DNA from: Giardia intestinalis
Lineage: Eukaryota
Assembly: GCA_000002435.2 (NCBI GenBank)
Contig: CM018793.1
Length of the DNA: 64,000 bases
Direction: 5' to 3' (one strand)
The translations under genes were made by a program, and so were the position numbers. How positions within the stretch are numbered: the first letter of the stretch is position 1; every line of letters starts with the position of its first letter. Shown here one piece after another: positions 20,301-35,300 of this stretch. The notes beneath the pieces were generated by a model that saw only the letters and a program-made list of their open reading frames with translations, was not told the DNA's origin and made no database searches.

Positions 20301-23300
20301 ACCCCTTTGCTGGGGATTACGTGCTCGATATGGATGCTCTCATAGAGCTGGTTGAGTGTCTCAATATCGGCAGCCTCGTTGATATTAGAAATGCTGTTTA
20401 TACAGCTAACAAAGAAGGAGACTAGTAGATCCCATAGATGGGCCAAGGAAGCAGGGCTCAACACACTATGTTGGGGGTCTGATAGATGCGATGAATCAGC
20501 ACTAGCCACGGGCCCAAGATGTGTGCTGTTGGAGGACGGGTAAGCAGGGGTATGCTTAATGAAGCTGTCAATGTGATGAAGAAATAGATCTGTGTTAGCC
20601 TGCCAATATCGTGGAAGATCCTTGGCCCCCGGATTGTTGCTGCCAGCACCCAGGCTCTTCAGGGCCATTGACGTGCTTTCAGACACAGTGGAAGGGAAGG
20701 GCATCTCTGACCTCTCAACGAGGATGCGCATGTGGCTCAGACTGGTGCGTATTTCTTCGAGGAGATGCTTCTGGGTCTTAATATAATCGTTCAGAAAGGT
20801 CGGATTCTCGAGGTACATAAGGCATTCATTTAAGGCTGCATAGTTGTCGTCTATCTTAATATTGTCCGCAAGAAAGGAGGTAGCCTGTGCACTGGTCTTC
20901 AAATCTTCGGACATCACTGCCTTATGGTTGAAGAACTTTCCCGATTTCATTAATGAAAAGATTTGACTTCTGATGCATCTCACCGTCTCGGCAATATAGG
21001 GTAAGTTGTTGGAGAGCTTCTGCATTTCATTCCAATTAACCTCTTTCTTGTTTGCGACACGAGCTGCTGCAGGCATCCCCAATAGGAGCGCATGTTCAAT
21101 TATAGAGTTCAGGGTATGCGGTCTTGTAATCGCAAAGTTGCTGCGCAAGCTATCCCATAGACACGCAGAATAGCTTCTAGCAATAGCCCGAACCTGAGCA
21201 TCGATGCTTTCATCGTAGAGGTCATCCAAGTACTGATACGGCGCTGAGAAAACCTTTGTGTAGCTTATAATGACCATGAGCCGACATGTGGCCCACGTGC
21301 TAATTTCTCTTGGTCCAGCCAAATAGATGTCCTTGTGTCTCGTTCTGAAGCTTGAAAGCAAGCTAACTATGGGTAAATGTATGAAGTTTCGATAGAATCG
21401 ATCCGTTGTCCTCTTTCTTGATTGAATCGCTTGTTGTAGACTTTGCCCTTGCGATAGGAGTTCCTTATCGATAACCTGCTTATAGGCGCGCTTGATTGCG
21501 GTGATAGAGTACAGCAGCGTTGAATATATATCTGAAAGGTCTGCATACTGATACAGTAGCGACGTTATGTTAGCATCTAAGAACACTCGCTCTGAGATCA
21601 GCATATCTCTGATGGACAGGAGCAAGCGGCGAATGAGTGCTGCGTTGTCCAAAGGATTGGTGAGAGCGAAGTAAAGAAGATAGATCTGTGACTCCACGGT
21701 CAGATTTGTTAGCATTGCATCGCAAGAGACAGCAGACTTGAGTGCAGATTGATCTGCATTGGCATCCAAGTTGCAGCTCAGTATGCTACGCAGCTTTGAA
21801 TCAGTGACGGCAGAGGCCAAGCCTACCTGGTTATCGGTAAGAAAGGCCTGGTGAAGTGTAGAAGCACGTAAGTCTAGCGCAGATTTGCAGTATTGCTCAT
21901 ATTTTCCGGACCCAGATACAAGATCATCTAAACGATAGGTGAGAGCCATCCCCTGTAGACCCGGCATGCATCCGGTTGGAACATAGGTAGCTATCTGAAA
22001 TCCCACTATGGGGGATAAGTGTGCAAAGTCGGCGGCATTAATATTGATAGCGTACGGCAAGGCTCTGAATTGATAGTTGCTTAAGCTTCTATGAGTGCAG
22101 AAGGACCGCTTCAAGATAGTCGATTTCAAGACGAACTCAATGGCTTCCTTTGGGTACAGGTATGCGAACAGAAAGATGCTGTCAGTAAGGGTGCTGAGTA
22201 TTGACGGCTGAATGATCTTGTCGTCGTCAAGGTATGGAGACGAGTAAAGCATGGCATCATTGACAGCATCAGAGGCGTTGCTGAATGATGAAAATGCTTC
22301 TTGAGTATAGCTTAGAATGCTACTAGAAAGAACCGTGATAGGAAGATGGAGACCGAAAAGCTCCTCTGATGGTCCTGGAAAGAGATTTGCTAGTATGCAA
22401 AGAGAGTTAATATGAGGTACCGGAGTGCTAGCCATTATCTGCCCAGAACTATATGATTCAAGAGAATTGGATTGCTGTGCATTGGTATTGAACTCTGAAG
22501 ACTTTAGCACCTCATTCAAGTAGTTGAAGAAGTCAGTTAGCTTGTCTGTATCTTGATGCTGCGGATTGTCGCGCTTAAAGCGCCTGGATGCCATCACCAC
22601 CTCGACTGCTCGTTCAAACTTTTGTCTGATAGCCTTTATATTCTGATGAAAATCAAGTATTGCCTTGTCCCAGATAAAGCGTGCAGAGGCGTGGGTGTTG
22701 GAATTGAACGAGAAGACCTGGCGAAGCGCGGACATGAAGTAACTGAGCACATAGGTCCCGTGCGTATTTAAGAAGTAGTTGACTATGTATCTGGGTATGT
22801 TAAGGAATTCCATGTTACGCTCAGCCACAAGGTGGCCATTGTATGCAAACCTTGCCTCAGTCATATTATACCGAGGATCCATTCTGCTTGCATGGGACAG
22901 GATAGGCGAAGAATTGTAAGGTGTTTCTCTGTTGGCTATGCGCGGCTGGATATGCGAGACGCTATAGTACGTCTCGTTTATCCAGAAAGAAAGCAGCTGG
23001 GTGTACTTGTCTTCAGACAGCTGCTGGAGGTATGTCCGGAAGGGATTATAATACAGGTTGCGCAACTCAGACAAGTAAATGACCATGTATTCTGAGGCCT
23101 CCTCAGGGTTTTCATTGACGAAGTGGTTGAGATACAGGATAGAAATAGCTGCTGCTTCCCTATATTGTCCTGTGTGCTTCAGGAACTGCATAGAGAACAT
23201 GTCCACTGGAGACAATCGTTGGAATACTTTATAGTAGAGCTTCTGAATACCGAGACTGCTCTGTAAATAGAGAAGATTGGGCCGATACACAGACGGGTGT

Positions 23301-26300
23301 GTGGGCTGGACGGCCTGAAAGACATTGATCCGAGAAAGACGCCAGCTGCCGGTACCAAGGTATATGTACTGTTTCCCTAGCAAATTCGGGGCCGGCGGGG
23401 TCCCTAATCTAAAGGGGAGCAACCACCCCAGTCGCAGCTCCTTGTCGTTTAATAGCTTGATGCTAGCATGAGCCGTGCGCTTCAGCAGCAGCTCCCACGT
23501 TAGCGCCTTGTTCAAGCCTGAAAGATTGAAGACACAGTACTTCTGGTTCGAAAAGCAGTCTACCCCAATGTGAAGAATCTTGAAGAGAGCAGTCACCGTA
23601 GCATAGAGGTTCTTTCTTAGCAACTCTATGTCCCCAAGACTATACTCTGAAACGTGAGGGAGCGAAAAGGCCGGGCCATTGCGAAGAGCAAGCTGCTCCT
23701 TGAAGTCTTCGAAGAGCTCTGGACAGATGCCCTGTAAGGTCGTTGGATCGTCATTGATCGCCATATTGAAGACGTGAAAGTACCTCGGTATCAAGTAGTT
23801 ATATGACATGAGCATGTCTAGCTGCTCCTTCTTGTCCTTCTTCAGTGCCTCTATATACTCTCTATACACATCTGTCACGCCCTTTTCTACACTCCTAATT
23901 TCGGCTATGTCGTCTGAGGTCGGTATGATGCTTGCTGTCTCCTTGGATTGGAGCTTCTCCCGGACCATATACAGCTTATCTGCACTTACCATATAAGCTT
24001 CCAACTTCTTCCTTATGATGCTATGTGTATCTTTACGACCTGCGAAGATGCGCTCAATAGAAGTCAGCGTATTGGCCTCGAACTTGATGATAGGCTCATT
24101 GTACTTGGGTATCCCGGAGAGCATCTTTGCCTTGTATGTGCTGACCTTGTCATGAAGTCTAGGCAGAAAGAGTATCCGGTCATAGAGTTGCATGCTAATA
24201 GCGAGGAGTTCTAGGTAAATATGAGTTATCTTTTGCAAGTCACAGGTAAGCGTGAGGTTGTCGTAGAAACCGTCTGTCGATTGAGCGCTAAAAACAAAGT
24301 ACTTTGCTGTGTCAATAGGTGCTTGAAAGAGATTGTTTGGCGGCAAGGAGCCATCCCCCGCGCTGGTTGACAGCAAATCAGTAACGATGTTGTATAGCTC
24401 CAGGACAACCCTGACATTCTGTCTGAGGTCTGTGTAAAAACGCCTGGATATAATGGTACTCGGAGCCCGGGCCTGGCAGCTCTCATATTCTATGGGGGGC
24501 CCAGCCTTCCACTGCTTGAGCAAAAACTCATAAAACATCCAGATAAGACCAAATCCGTACTTGTTCCCTGCAGTGTTCCCTATGTGAGGAAGCCCGGCAC
24601 CAATTCCGCTAACCGTAGGCTCTGCGTGGGTAGGGATAAAGGATGTAAATCCGAGTGTTTTAGAAAAGTTACGTATCAACCCACCCATAGACGTGTTGGA
24701 CTGCTGGGGTATGTGACGGCAAAAACTTTCAGTGATTGATATCACAGTGTCTGGCTCGCAGGGGAAGTGCCCAAACTCCACTATGAGACCCAGAACAAGG
24801 CGATAGAAGGAGTTGCGGGTGAAAAGAAAACTGTCGAGATTTCTTAGCGTCGGTAGGTAGTTCAGAAGCTTCTGATACAGACGCTGAACACCCATCCTGG
24901 ACTGCGAGCTGATGAGTATCGACGGGTGACAGTTACAATTGTATCTACTTAAGTCGCGCTTTTCATTAGCTAGGTCAAGAGACCATGCGTGTCTGTCCGG
25001 AGTGCTGTTCAAAAGGCTAGTCATAAAATCATGGTACGTCTCCGCTGCAAAGCTCGATAGGATAGCGAATGAGCTAGTGTACATGGTGACTACTCTGCAA
25101 AACTCCGCCAGACCATCAATCGGCCGCGCAGCTAGACGCATAAACAGAGACAACAAAAGAAAGGCGTCGCTCCTCTGCCGTAATAGATTCAGGGGCTGCT
25201 GTGGCAAGACTTGACTAAAGAGAATCTTAATGACACCGTCCTCTGGAATTTCTCCTGGAGCCGATGAGGTGATGTCATAAAGAAATGCAGCCGGAAGAAT
25301 ATATTGCTGTGCAGTGTCTTTGTGGAGTGGCATGGTAGGGTCTACATAGTTGTTCTCCAGTGAAAGATATATGAGCCGCAGATCCCTTAGAATGTGTGAA
25401 TAGCATTCGGATTCTGTCTGTGCAAGTAGCTGTTCCCGCTGCTTCAAGAACTTGACAAAGGCCACGAGCTTCTCCTTGACAGACGCATGCAAGAGATCAC
25501 GCTGGGCGGCGTTGGACTCGTCCTCATACCAAGATACGGTCTCGCAGACTATGTTCCAGAGTATACGCTTACACAGCGCATCGACAAAGTACCTTGAAAA
25601 GTCTGATGCATGGTATGTCAAGTTAGCTATGAAAAAGTTCGACTCCAGGAAATAGCCTCCTGGAGAAAGTAGGTGCCATAGCTTATTGCATTCACGTTGC
25701 AAGATAACAATCTCGTTGTCAATAGCAGAGAATAGAACCGCGGGCGTTGGCTCCAGTACGGCAATGTAGTGCCCAACATTTTTGTTCAAAAGGTGGATAA
25801 GAAACTGGACCAGTTCGTTAATTCTGTCCTTAAATTCTCCAAGAAAGAAAGTTTTGAAGTAATTAAAGTTGGTTAGGGTAAAATTAATGAACGAATTAAA
25901 ATATATAAGCATCCGAAGAAACAAAAGAGTAGAAATCACGATTGTGAAGGAGAACGGCTCCAGGCTCCTGAGCAGTTGATTCACCAGGTTAAAGTGGATC
26001 AGAAAAATGAACACTCGTGCCTCCAACACTGCCTTATTATGATCTGAGGAAGAAGACATCATGGAAGTGTATCGATTGTATGCGTGCAGATACTCCTGTG
26101 GTAGAGCCAATGTATTCCAGGAAATCTGGTCAATCTTCCGCATGTCAATGTCGCGCGACTCAGAAAATAGACTGGTGTACAGAGACATGAACACCGAGGG
26201 TGAGATAGCTGAATCAGAGTTGGGCCTATCAGCGGACTTGTAGTGCTCGAGCAATTGGGCTAAGAAGGCCTTAATATAGCTCAGCACGGACGAGGGTATC

Positions 26301-29300
26301 TTGAGCACAGCCCCATCACTCACATCCCTTCTATCTCTGTCTGTAGTGAAGGCAACAATGGCAAGACCTAGGAGATCCTCTAGAGCATGGATAATGTTGG
26401 TGTGGCCAAGAAAGAATGTGTTGTAGATGTTAGTGCTCATGAAGGCCACGGAACACTTCACAATCGGCGCGCTGGCTATGTCGTTTAGAAGAATAAAGGA
26501 AAAGCGAAGCACGAGAGAAAGGGTTGAGACCTGTTTTGGATCATAGGAGGAGTGCAAGTGAAGGATGACTGGTTTAAGCAGGTTACTATAATATCTGTAG
26601 GCATGAACATACCGTACCAGAGTAATCCTCAGCATAGAAAGTGTGTCAGTCCGATCAATGTTTTTCCCGGAGTAAGATGCAGCCAAATCCAAGCTATAAA
26701 ACGCCGGTGCCCCTGGATGTATATCATAGTTCGCGCTTGGTATCTCCAAGCACCAATCAGTAGCATACACAGATCGAAGCTCGCTAGATAAGGCGATTAT
26801 AAACCTGTGCAGTGTAAAGAGGCAGCTTGATAGCTTGGCCAAATAGTAGTAACACTCCTCTACGATGTCCTTGCGGTAAGAAAGTGTCAACTCTCGTGCA
26901 CTGTACTCAAAGCGAAACGATCTATCAAACGAGAGAGCAAAGCAAAGTCGTTGAAGGAAAGAGGTACGTTGCAGCAAAAACTCAGTCCCTGACGACTTCG
27001 TGTGCGCGAGAATACTTAATAGAAACCACTTGTATTCTGCCACACGTCCGCTGTGTACAATGAGTTCTATGGCGAGTTCTGATAAATCCGTGGTTCTGAT
27101 GCACACAGGGAGGATCCTCTTAGAGCTGTCCGGTAGTGTAGATTGCTTTGGCGGTCGAAGTTGCTCGTTAGACGACTTGTGTTCCCTAAATTGAATATTC
27201 TCCATCCTGGTATCTATTGAGCTTGTGAGGATATAAACTACCAAGTGTGCATCATGCTTTATGGCCATTGAGCCAGTCATATTGGGAAGTACATCGCGGG
27301 GAGTGAGCAACTTGTACAACCCCACAAGTATGTCTCCAAGAAATTCGTGGCTGATGACTAAAACATCTGCCTGATGCCTGGATCCTCTGCTCTTAGACCC
27401 TTTGGATCCAGAACTATAATGCTTTAGGCCGTGCTTCAACGGGCTCTCTGTGTGGATGGAGAACGCCCGATGCTTGACGCTGACGGTAAGCTCTTTGTGG
27501 AGTTGTGCCCATTCCAACTCCTCTGTGATACTGTTCATCACGTTATTAGACTCCTGGTATAATGTTTCTTCGGAGTTCCCTACCTTAGGACACACTGCAA
27601 TAATTTTCAACAGAACGAAGATTAGGCCGGTTAAATACGGTTCTAGAGCTTTAGAAACGGTGTCGAATGTTTGCGAAAACATGAAGTTGGATGTGCAAAG
27701 TATGTGTACGTAGCATATGGCTATTAGGTTTATGATAGATGATAGCGCTGCTTGTAAAATAGAGTCGTCGGCTAATGCTGGTAAAAGGCGCTTGTAAATG
27801 GCGAAAATGTGTTTCTGCTTTCTTTCATTGATGAGCCCAATAACCTCCTTATCTGTTTCAGAATCAGACTCCAAAGTGATACATGCCTTCAGAGCGTCGT
27901 GGTGGTTGGAGCTTCCATTGACCACGTTCAGGTCAAGTCCAAGAATAAATGTGGAGATCGTAAAGATCAACTCGCTGCTTGTCTGAAGCAGTAAGACAGT
28001 GTCTTCATCATCGAAAAGACTCTCTTCACTAGTTGTGGCCAGTGCATTGGAAAGGCTCGTCATATAGTTGATGATTCGGCCGCAAAACACAAATCGCGAG
28101 CGACGCAACACAGACATCTGGGAAACGATCATAATAACATACGAGTTCATCAGTGCAATCGCAGAAGAGTAGTGTGCTGGGTCGTGGCAGCACCTATAGC
28201 CCCGTACTATGGGAAATAGTCGGAGAAAGGGTAATACTGCTCGCCAAAATCCTATCTTAATGTCCTCACTGTACCGGACCTCTAGAAGGCTTGTCAAGGA
28301 AAAGGCCAAGAAGTACTGTGTCACAGTGATAGGGAGATCCAGGGTCGAACTTTGGCCCGGGATGGACACGTAGTTATACCAATGGCACTGCTTTATGACC
28401 TTAAGGCAGAGATCGTCCAGACGGGCTACTTCTTCCATGCTGAGCTCAAACAGAAGAAGTCGAGAAAGAGAGTCTATTAGCAGATCTTGCGGTTGGGTCA
28501 CCATTAGAATGGCCATGTACAACAGTGGCTTAAAGCTCTCCATAGCTAGCGCGAGGGGACCTAGAAACCTGACCATCTGGCCCATGTGGAGCCCTGTGAG
28601 GTCATACGTGAAGTCCTTTAAAATCTGCCGATAATGTTTCACTATGGCTACGTAGGAATCAAAGGAAAGCCAACCTTTTTCCAATCCAGCGTAAAGGAGT
28701 GGAAAAAAATACTTTTCTAATAGGTTATAGATGCCAACAAAATTATGAGCTCGACCCAGGCCCACGATATACGAAGACAGGTGGATGAAAAAGAAGTCCT
28801 TAGCAGAAGCCTCGTCCGTAATGTCTGCGGCTTCAAAAGATAGCTTTGAGAGATTGGACTCGGCAAGACGCGGAAACATGGTTCGCAGCGTGCTAAGATA
28901 TACCCCATCGAGAGCCAACTGACGCAGTTCCAATCTATCTGACGTTGATATGCGAGTCTCTGAAGCAAGAAGGAACGCAGCGGTGTGAAGCTTGTACTGT
29001 GGTACATAGAAGTCTGGATTGAGCACACAAAAGGCTCGTGCTCCTATGCGTATTGATGAGTTAAAGAGCCTTGCTGCCATGGCTCGGAGCTTGGCAATCT
29101 TCTCAGGAAGAAACTGAACAATACAGTTGCATGTGCTCTCAATCAATGCTCGCTCTGTCTCCGCATCGAAGCGTGCCGAGGTAGTAGAGAGGCAACTGAA
29201 GTCTTGCGGATTGGTAGCGGTACGCTCTCCAATATGCAAAGCAATAGAGACAAGCTTCAAAAGGGTTGCAGAAATAGACGCAACCCTTTGCTGCTCATCT

Positions 29301-32300
29301 TGTTGCCCGGTGCCTATGGTGATATCAATGCGATCAAGAAGGCTGAATACAGCTGTAAATAAGTGCTTTATGTACTCCAGATATCTACCATAAGAGATGC
29401 ACAAAGCTGGAAGCAGCCGGGACCTCAACGTCGTGAAGGCAAAGGTCAGGTTGACATGACTGTCTGGGAAACTAGGCATGAGACACTCTTCAACCTGCTC
29501 TAGAGAGCATGCTTCTACGTTGTGTTGTGGCAGAGGTGAAGCAGAGTCATAAGCGTCCATCATAAGCAGGGATAGCATGCCTGTCGGGGTGTATCTTCGA
29601 GACGAAAAGATTGGGGGATTGTATATGTAGAAGTGGGCCTTCATACGCAGCCTAGGCTGGTTGAGACTATCTAGCTCATATCTGTCAATCACAAGAAGTG
29701 TATCGATAGCGTTTCTGCATGCAGTCAAGAGATCCTGGGTTATGACATTAGAAATACTGAACGTGTTGCCTGTACTGTCCTGATACGTGTCTCCTTTAGA
29801 AAGAAGCGCATAGAGCATCCTATCGAAGCTATATATGCAGGACTTGATGGTATTGTTAATCAGCAGGATGTTACTTGTACATCCCTGCTTAACCCAATTG
29901 GAACACGTAAACTTTGTTAGAAGAGCATACTGAATGAGGTACGCGTAGGGGAATAATTTGTTTGTGGTTAGTTCTGTGTAGAGCGTTTCTTCGGTAAGAA
30001 ACAACAATCTTAGTTTATCGGGGGATAGCAGTGCAGAGAGAAATGGCAGGGACATATAATTAAAATAGCGAACGAATACTTCCCCTAGTTTGAAAAACAA
30101 TGGGGATGGATAGTGACAATCGGCGTAATATGCAATAACGGGCTCCAGCGTTCTTTGGATCAGGGGCGCAATGGCGTCCATGTTTACGCCAGCAAGCCCG
30201 GATGCAATGCATTCAGCAGCGATTCTTAGCTCGTAGTAGAGATACTTGAGTTCCACCGTGGTCCAAGAAACACCTACAACAGGGACATAAAAGATCTGGC
30301 GGTCGCTAAGGGACACATTAAACGATGTAGGGACCACTGAAAAGTATCTGTTAGCTTGCTCCTTTGAAATAGAATGGTAGCCAAAGGAAGCAAAGTAGCG
30401 CGCATAGCGAGTCTCGTCAGCAAACGCGAGTATGCCCCGGAGGCAGGCCACTGTCAGATGCTCCTTTAAAGAGCAGAGAAAGCTACTTAAGCCGTCCGGG
30501 GACGCGGTGTCGACACTAGCAATGCATTGAGAAAGGCCAGCAATCAGCTGGAAGATAAAGTTGATCGCTGATCGCTGCAACAGGCTACAAAGGCGTATCG
30601 CATGCATGCGATCAGCCAGCTCCAATTTTGCACCGTGAGAAAAGACAGCATCATAGTGCATTCCCCTGACAAATGCACAGAGATTGGAGAAACACTGCTG
30701 AGCATGGCCACCTGTACTCTTTATTGCTGTGTAGATAACAGCATAGAACCTTTGAGACCCTAAGTCGAGGAGGCTAGCCCTAGCACTGCAAGCTACATCA
30801 CATGTAACGTTGAGGGCATAAATCAAATGCTCCTGAGCCTGTTTATACGTTCCAGCCCTAATAGCAGAAAAAACCTCCTGACTATTAAGAAACTTCAACC
30901 CAATCTCTAGGAACGTAGATTCTGTAAGTGATGCCATCTTTGCAAGTTCCCCACGAACATTAAAGACGCCATCTGCGCACGAGCCGAGGATTTTTGGCAG
31001 GATGGTTTCAGAGAAGGCAGAAAAGAGCACTCTATTATAGAATGTAGGAGGTTGCTTGAGCCAATCCAGAAGGCGGTAGAAGGACTTGGCATCTTCGTAA
31101 AGGAGAACAGTAACGCGATTCTTCAATACGGGATGAAGAGGGACGGAGTTAGAAAACTCGTAAGAGCCGTAAATGGGAGCGCACACGTGTGCTGCTTGCT
31201 TCAGCGTCTTCGTGATTGAGATCAAGGCAAAGGCAGTCATGGGAATCAAGTCGTGGCTCGACGTGGAGTGAGAAATGGCTGAAAGGATCTCTCTGGAGAA
31301 AGAAAGGAGCCCAAGTGCCAAGCTAGTGCGAATAATAATATGGTGCTTCAGCCTTCCAACCAAGTCCATAAGGGTTAAGAGAAATTTGCATATGTGGAGC
31401 ATTGGAAACTGACTTCCCGCCCAGTGGCGCACAACGTGCTCTAGAAAAAGACATGCCTGAAGCCCAATAACAAAGCAGCCTCCATATGGACAGACGTGCG
31501 ACTGAGCAGACAAATCGGGAGTGCTGATTGTGTCCAGCTTAAGAAAAATATCCTGAATAATCACGAGCATTAGTTGACGCATGTTGTCACTAACAACATG
31601 GTCACTATGTTCACACTTCCCCAACATCATCAATAGGAAAACATTTAGGACGTCGTAGTTATGCTGCGCGGTCGCGGCTGAAATGATATAAATCATCAGG
31701 GACTTGCCGTTAACTATGGTTTTCTCAGACTCGCGCACAGGCCAAGGAAGCGAGATGGATTGCAATATCAAGGATAAGAGGATGTAGTGCAGAGAAGCAA
31801 TGTGACTTATCCCCTCTGCACTGTACTGCATTGCACAAAGCCCCTTTGGATGATTAACTATCAGAAGGAGGTCGTCTATCTGCATTTCCCAGACTTTTCC
31901 GCTTGAGGTGGCAGTGGGGAAGTCAGTTAAGTTGATTCCTAGCAACCTCCAGGCGTGCTCAAGCAAGATCAAGACATTGAATGCGACAAAATCCTTGTCT
32001 GCTCTAACCTTTTCAGAAAACTGATGGAAAAATATCGGTTGCCGAGAGAAGAACACCGCATAGTGATAAACGGCTCTCTTGATACTCACCTTAAGTTGGG
32101 TAAACGGAATGGTGGAGAGCTCATCTTCCGTATAATAGTGCTTATATTGAGGAAACGACGCGTTCTGCGCCTGTAGGACGAAACTAGGGACACTTGTGTA
32201 CATCTTATATGTGTGAGTATGAGTTCCGTCGCTCTCAGCACATGACCTTGGATCCAGAGCACGAGGAACATTCGCCCAAAAGCGGTTTAATAATTGTTCT

Positions 32301-35300
32301 CCATAGACACCTAGGCGCCCCTTGATCAATAGCGAAAGCTCTCCAAAGGCTATTGGCGAGAGGATGTGTCGGCCAGATACATACATATCTGAGTACTGAA
32401 CAGGGTGCTCCGCGCTCATGGAGAAATTAGCTAATTCAAACGAGGTCGTCGGAAGCATCTGAAATGTGGATAGAGTTAGATTTGTAAACGAGCAGTCGTG
32501 AAGCTTCTTCCTGAGAAAGTCCACAAACGAAGGGTAGCAACCCAGCACTCCGCTATAAACATCTGCATCCGCGCTACTTGACTCGTGCAGATCTCGTGTT
32601 AAGGGCAGAAGAAGATCGTCAAGTCTGTGACGATAGGGCCGTGCTCGGATAAGAGGCCCAACCTTGGTTGTTTTCTTCATCGAGCTGGCTCCACCAGGCG
32701 CTTGATTCTCGATGTTCACAAGAGCCGTTGTGGCAAGGGCCATATCTTCTGCAAAGATGGCGTGCTCACTTATGTAGTACTCTAGTATTACAAGAATGTG
32801 CATTAGTGCTGTCTCAACTAGGACGCTGGCCGATGCGTGATTACTTAAAAATAGTGACACAGACTTCCGAAAGGAAAAGTCTATTCTAGTATAGTAGATT
32901 CCGCGGGCTGCGAGAGAATGGGGATAGATGAGCATGTCTAACGAGTTCTGTATCTGGATAGAGTTTCTACTCTTATAGAAAGAAGCGTCTCCTACAAGGG
33001 AGACCCCTTCTCCAGCCAAAATGCGGAGGACATAGCTGCGGAACGAAAGGTTGTCACTAAGAAGACAGTACGGTGCCAATCGGATAAAGTTAACCATGGA
33101 GCTCAGGCGTGAGTTATGCCCGATAAAAGGGATGTTAACGTAGCAATAGATGGTGAGCTCGAGAGTGGAAAACCTATTCATCGAGAGATAGTTCGAGAAT
33201 TCAGTGAGTCCTCGGAGATACTTAAAGGTCTGCCATTTGAAATTCTTATATAGAGCCTTAGCGTCATGCTCAGCGGCACAGACTCGCAGAATAGCCATCA
33301 GGTCGGAATGTATGTACTGTACAATGGTACTCTCTACGTTTCCGTGGAATTTTGCCCGTGATAAGTGAATTGTATCGTCCTCTTTAAAGTATTCTGGCCT
33401 TTGCAGCAAGACCTCAATGGGTGGAAACGTCGCTATAGCCATGGCTGGCAGCTCTATTAGAATATTCAGAATACTCTGCTCACGCGTGGCAAAGACTGCG
33501 GCCATGTGCGAGTAGAGAAAAATGTGGTCACTGCAATAGTCCACAAGGGACATGATACACCTCCGCAGGAGTACGGGGTGTACGGGTGAAGGAAAGATGA
33601 CATTGTAGAAGAGAAGCGTCAATATGTCATAGATTAAGCTGGCTTCCATTTCAGTTATATTTATAGGAGTGCATTCATGCCGCTTTGGCACTACAGAGGA
33701 CAGAGATTGAATCGTACCGATGTAGCTGTCTCCAAAGATGCAGTGCTGAGATATGCGAAGAAGAGCCTCCAGCAATCCTCTGGCGTTCAAGACCTTGTAG
33801 TAATCAATAAAGGAGGACGTTTCAGCCGTCGTAGGTCTGAACGCGATCAGGAGACGGAACATAAAGTCCTCTGTGGCTGCCCGATTTGCGAGTGATTGCT
33901 CTGCGTGTAAGTAAAGATTAGTATATAATGCCTGTGTTAGTACACTAAGGAACGACTCTAGAGCAGCGAATCTGATTATCATGGTCATGGGGCGAATCAC
34001 AAGTTCAAGCACATAGTATCCAAGGCCATACTCGTCTTCCTTCATTATATTCTGGAGCAGGATGGTAGCTCCCGTATGGGAGGAGATGCTGCCTAGCTGA
34101 CTGCGCTCCTTCTCGCAGTAGGAGTGCAACTTGTAGAGACGCAGAAGAGAGTATGCCTTATTCAAGTAGCATGTTTCCGTTAAAAGTACAAAGAAAAGAT
34201 CCTTGATGAAAGATTCAGTGAAAATGTACTGGACGACCTTGATGCTGCTTATAGCACGTATTAGCTCCATGGTATCCAATCTCTTTGATGAGCAGGCCTC
34301 TGCGTATCGCAGCGTGACTCTGAAGAAACTGACTGGACTCAGAAACAAATTGTGAAAAAAGGTATCAATCAGCTGGGCATATTGCCAGAACAGAGTATTA
34401 GCGTGCGCAGCGGAGGACGACATCTCTGTAGCTAGAGTGAGATCCTTGAAGATCCTGGGGATGGCCTTTATGAGCTTCAAAATGAGAGTTGCGAGGGAGC
34501 TAGCAATCGCTGGGAGAAGAGTCTGCTCGAAGAAATGCACGGGCCAGAGAAGCTCGTCTATCAACTTGCCGAGGTGTACATCTGCAAAGAAGCTGCGCAG
34601 CTCGCTTGGACTAGCATCTCTGAGAAACAGAATCAAACCGGATATATAGTTTTGCAGGGTCGTCAAGGAGTACGTTACTAATGTAGCCGACTCCAGCCTC
34701 ACAGATTCTCCATCCAAGGTACGTGGGCTGGTTCGCATAAGAAGCTCTGCTGTAGGCAGGAGTTCGTGGAATGCGCATAGAATGTGAAAGCAGTTGTTCC
34801 CTGACCACGTTGTCATCTGAACGGAGAACTTCAATATGAGGAGCATTGTCTTGTTGCGCATAAAAGCCAGTAGCTCTGCATATGTAGATGTGTTCTGCCT
34901 TTGGGTAATGAACTGGGTCAAAAAGGTGTTAAGGGAAACCAAGCATGCCGTTAAGGGAAGCGCAAGCTCCTGCATCAGGTTCATGCTTAAAAGCTTAAAA
35001 AATGCTGGGGTAATAATTTCTAACAAATAAGCAATGACGATAATGGGAATCTCAGCGTAGTACTCTAACAGTCGAAGTAATAGAAGAAATTCGGCCACAG
35101 AGGCAAAGTCTTTGCTCTTGTTTATAGCAGTCAATAGTTTCGAACACCAGCTGTAAATAAAGAGAGCATGGTGCAACGAATATTTAGAGGTAATGCTGGT
35201 GACTATGGGGATTTCCTTCTGCAGGGTATAGAACTTTATTAAATGCAATATGTCTAAATTGGTTACGGTATCAGGGTCTGTTACAGTAAGATGGAATGCT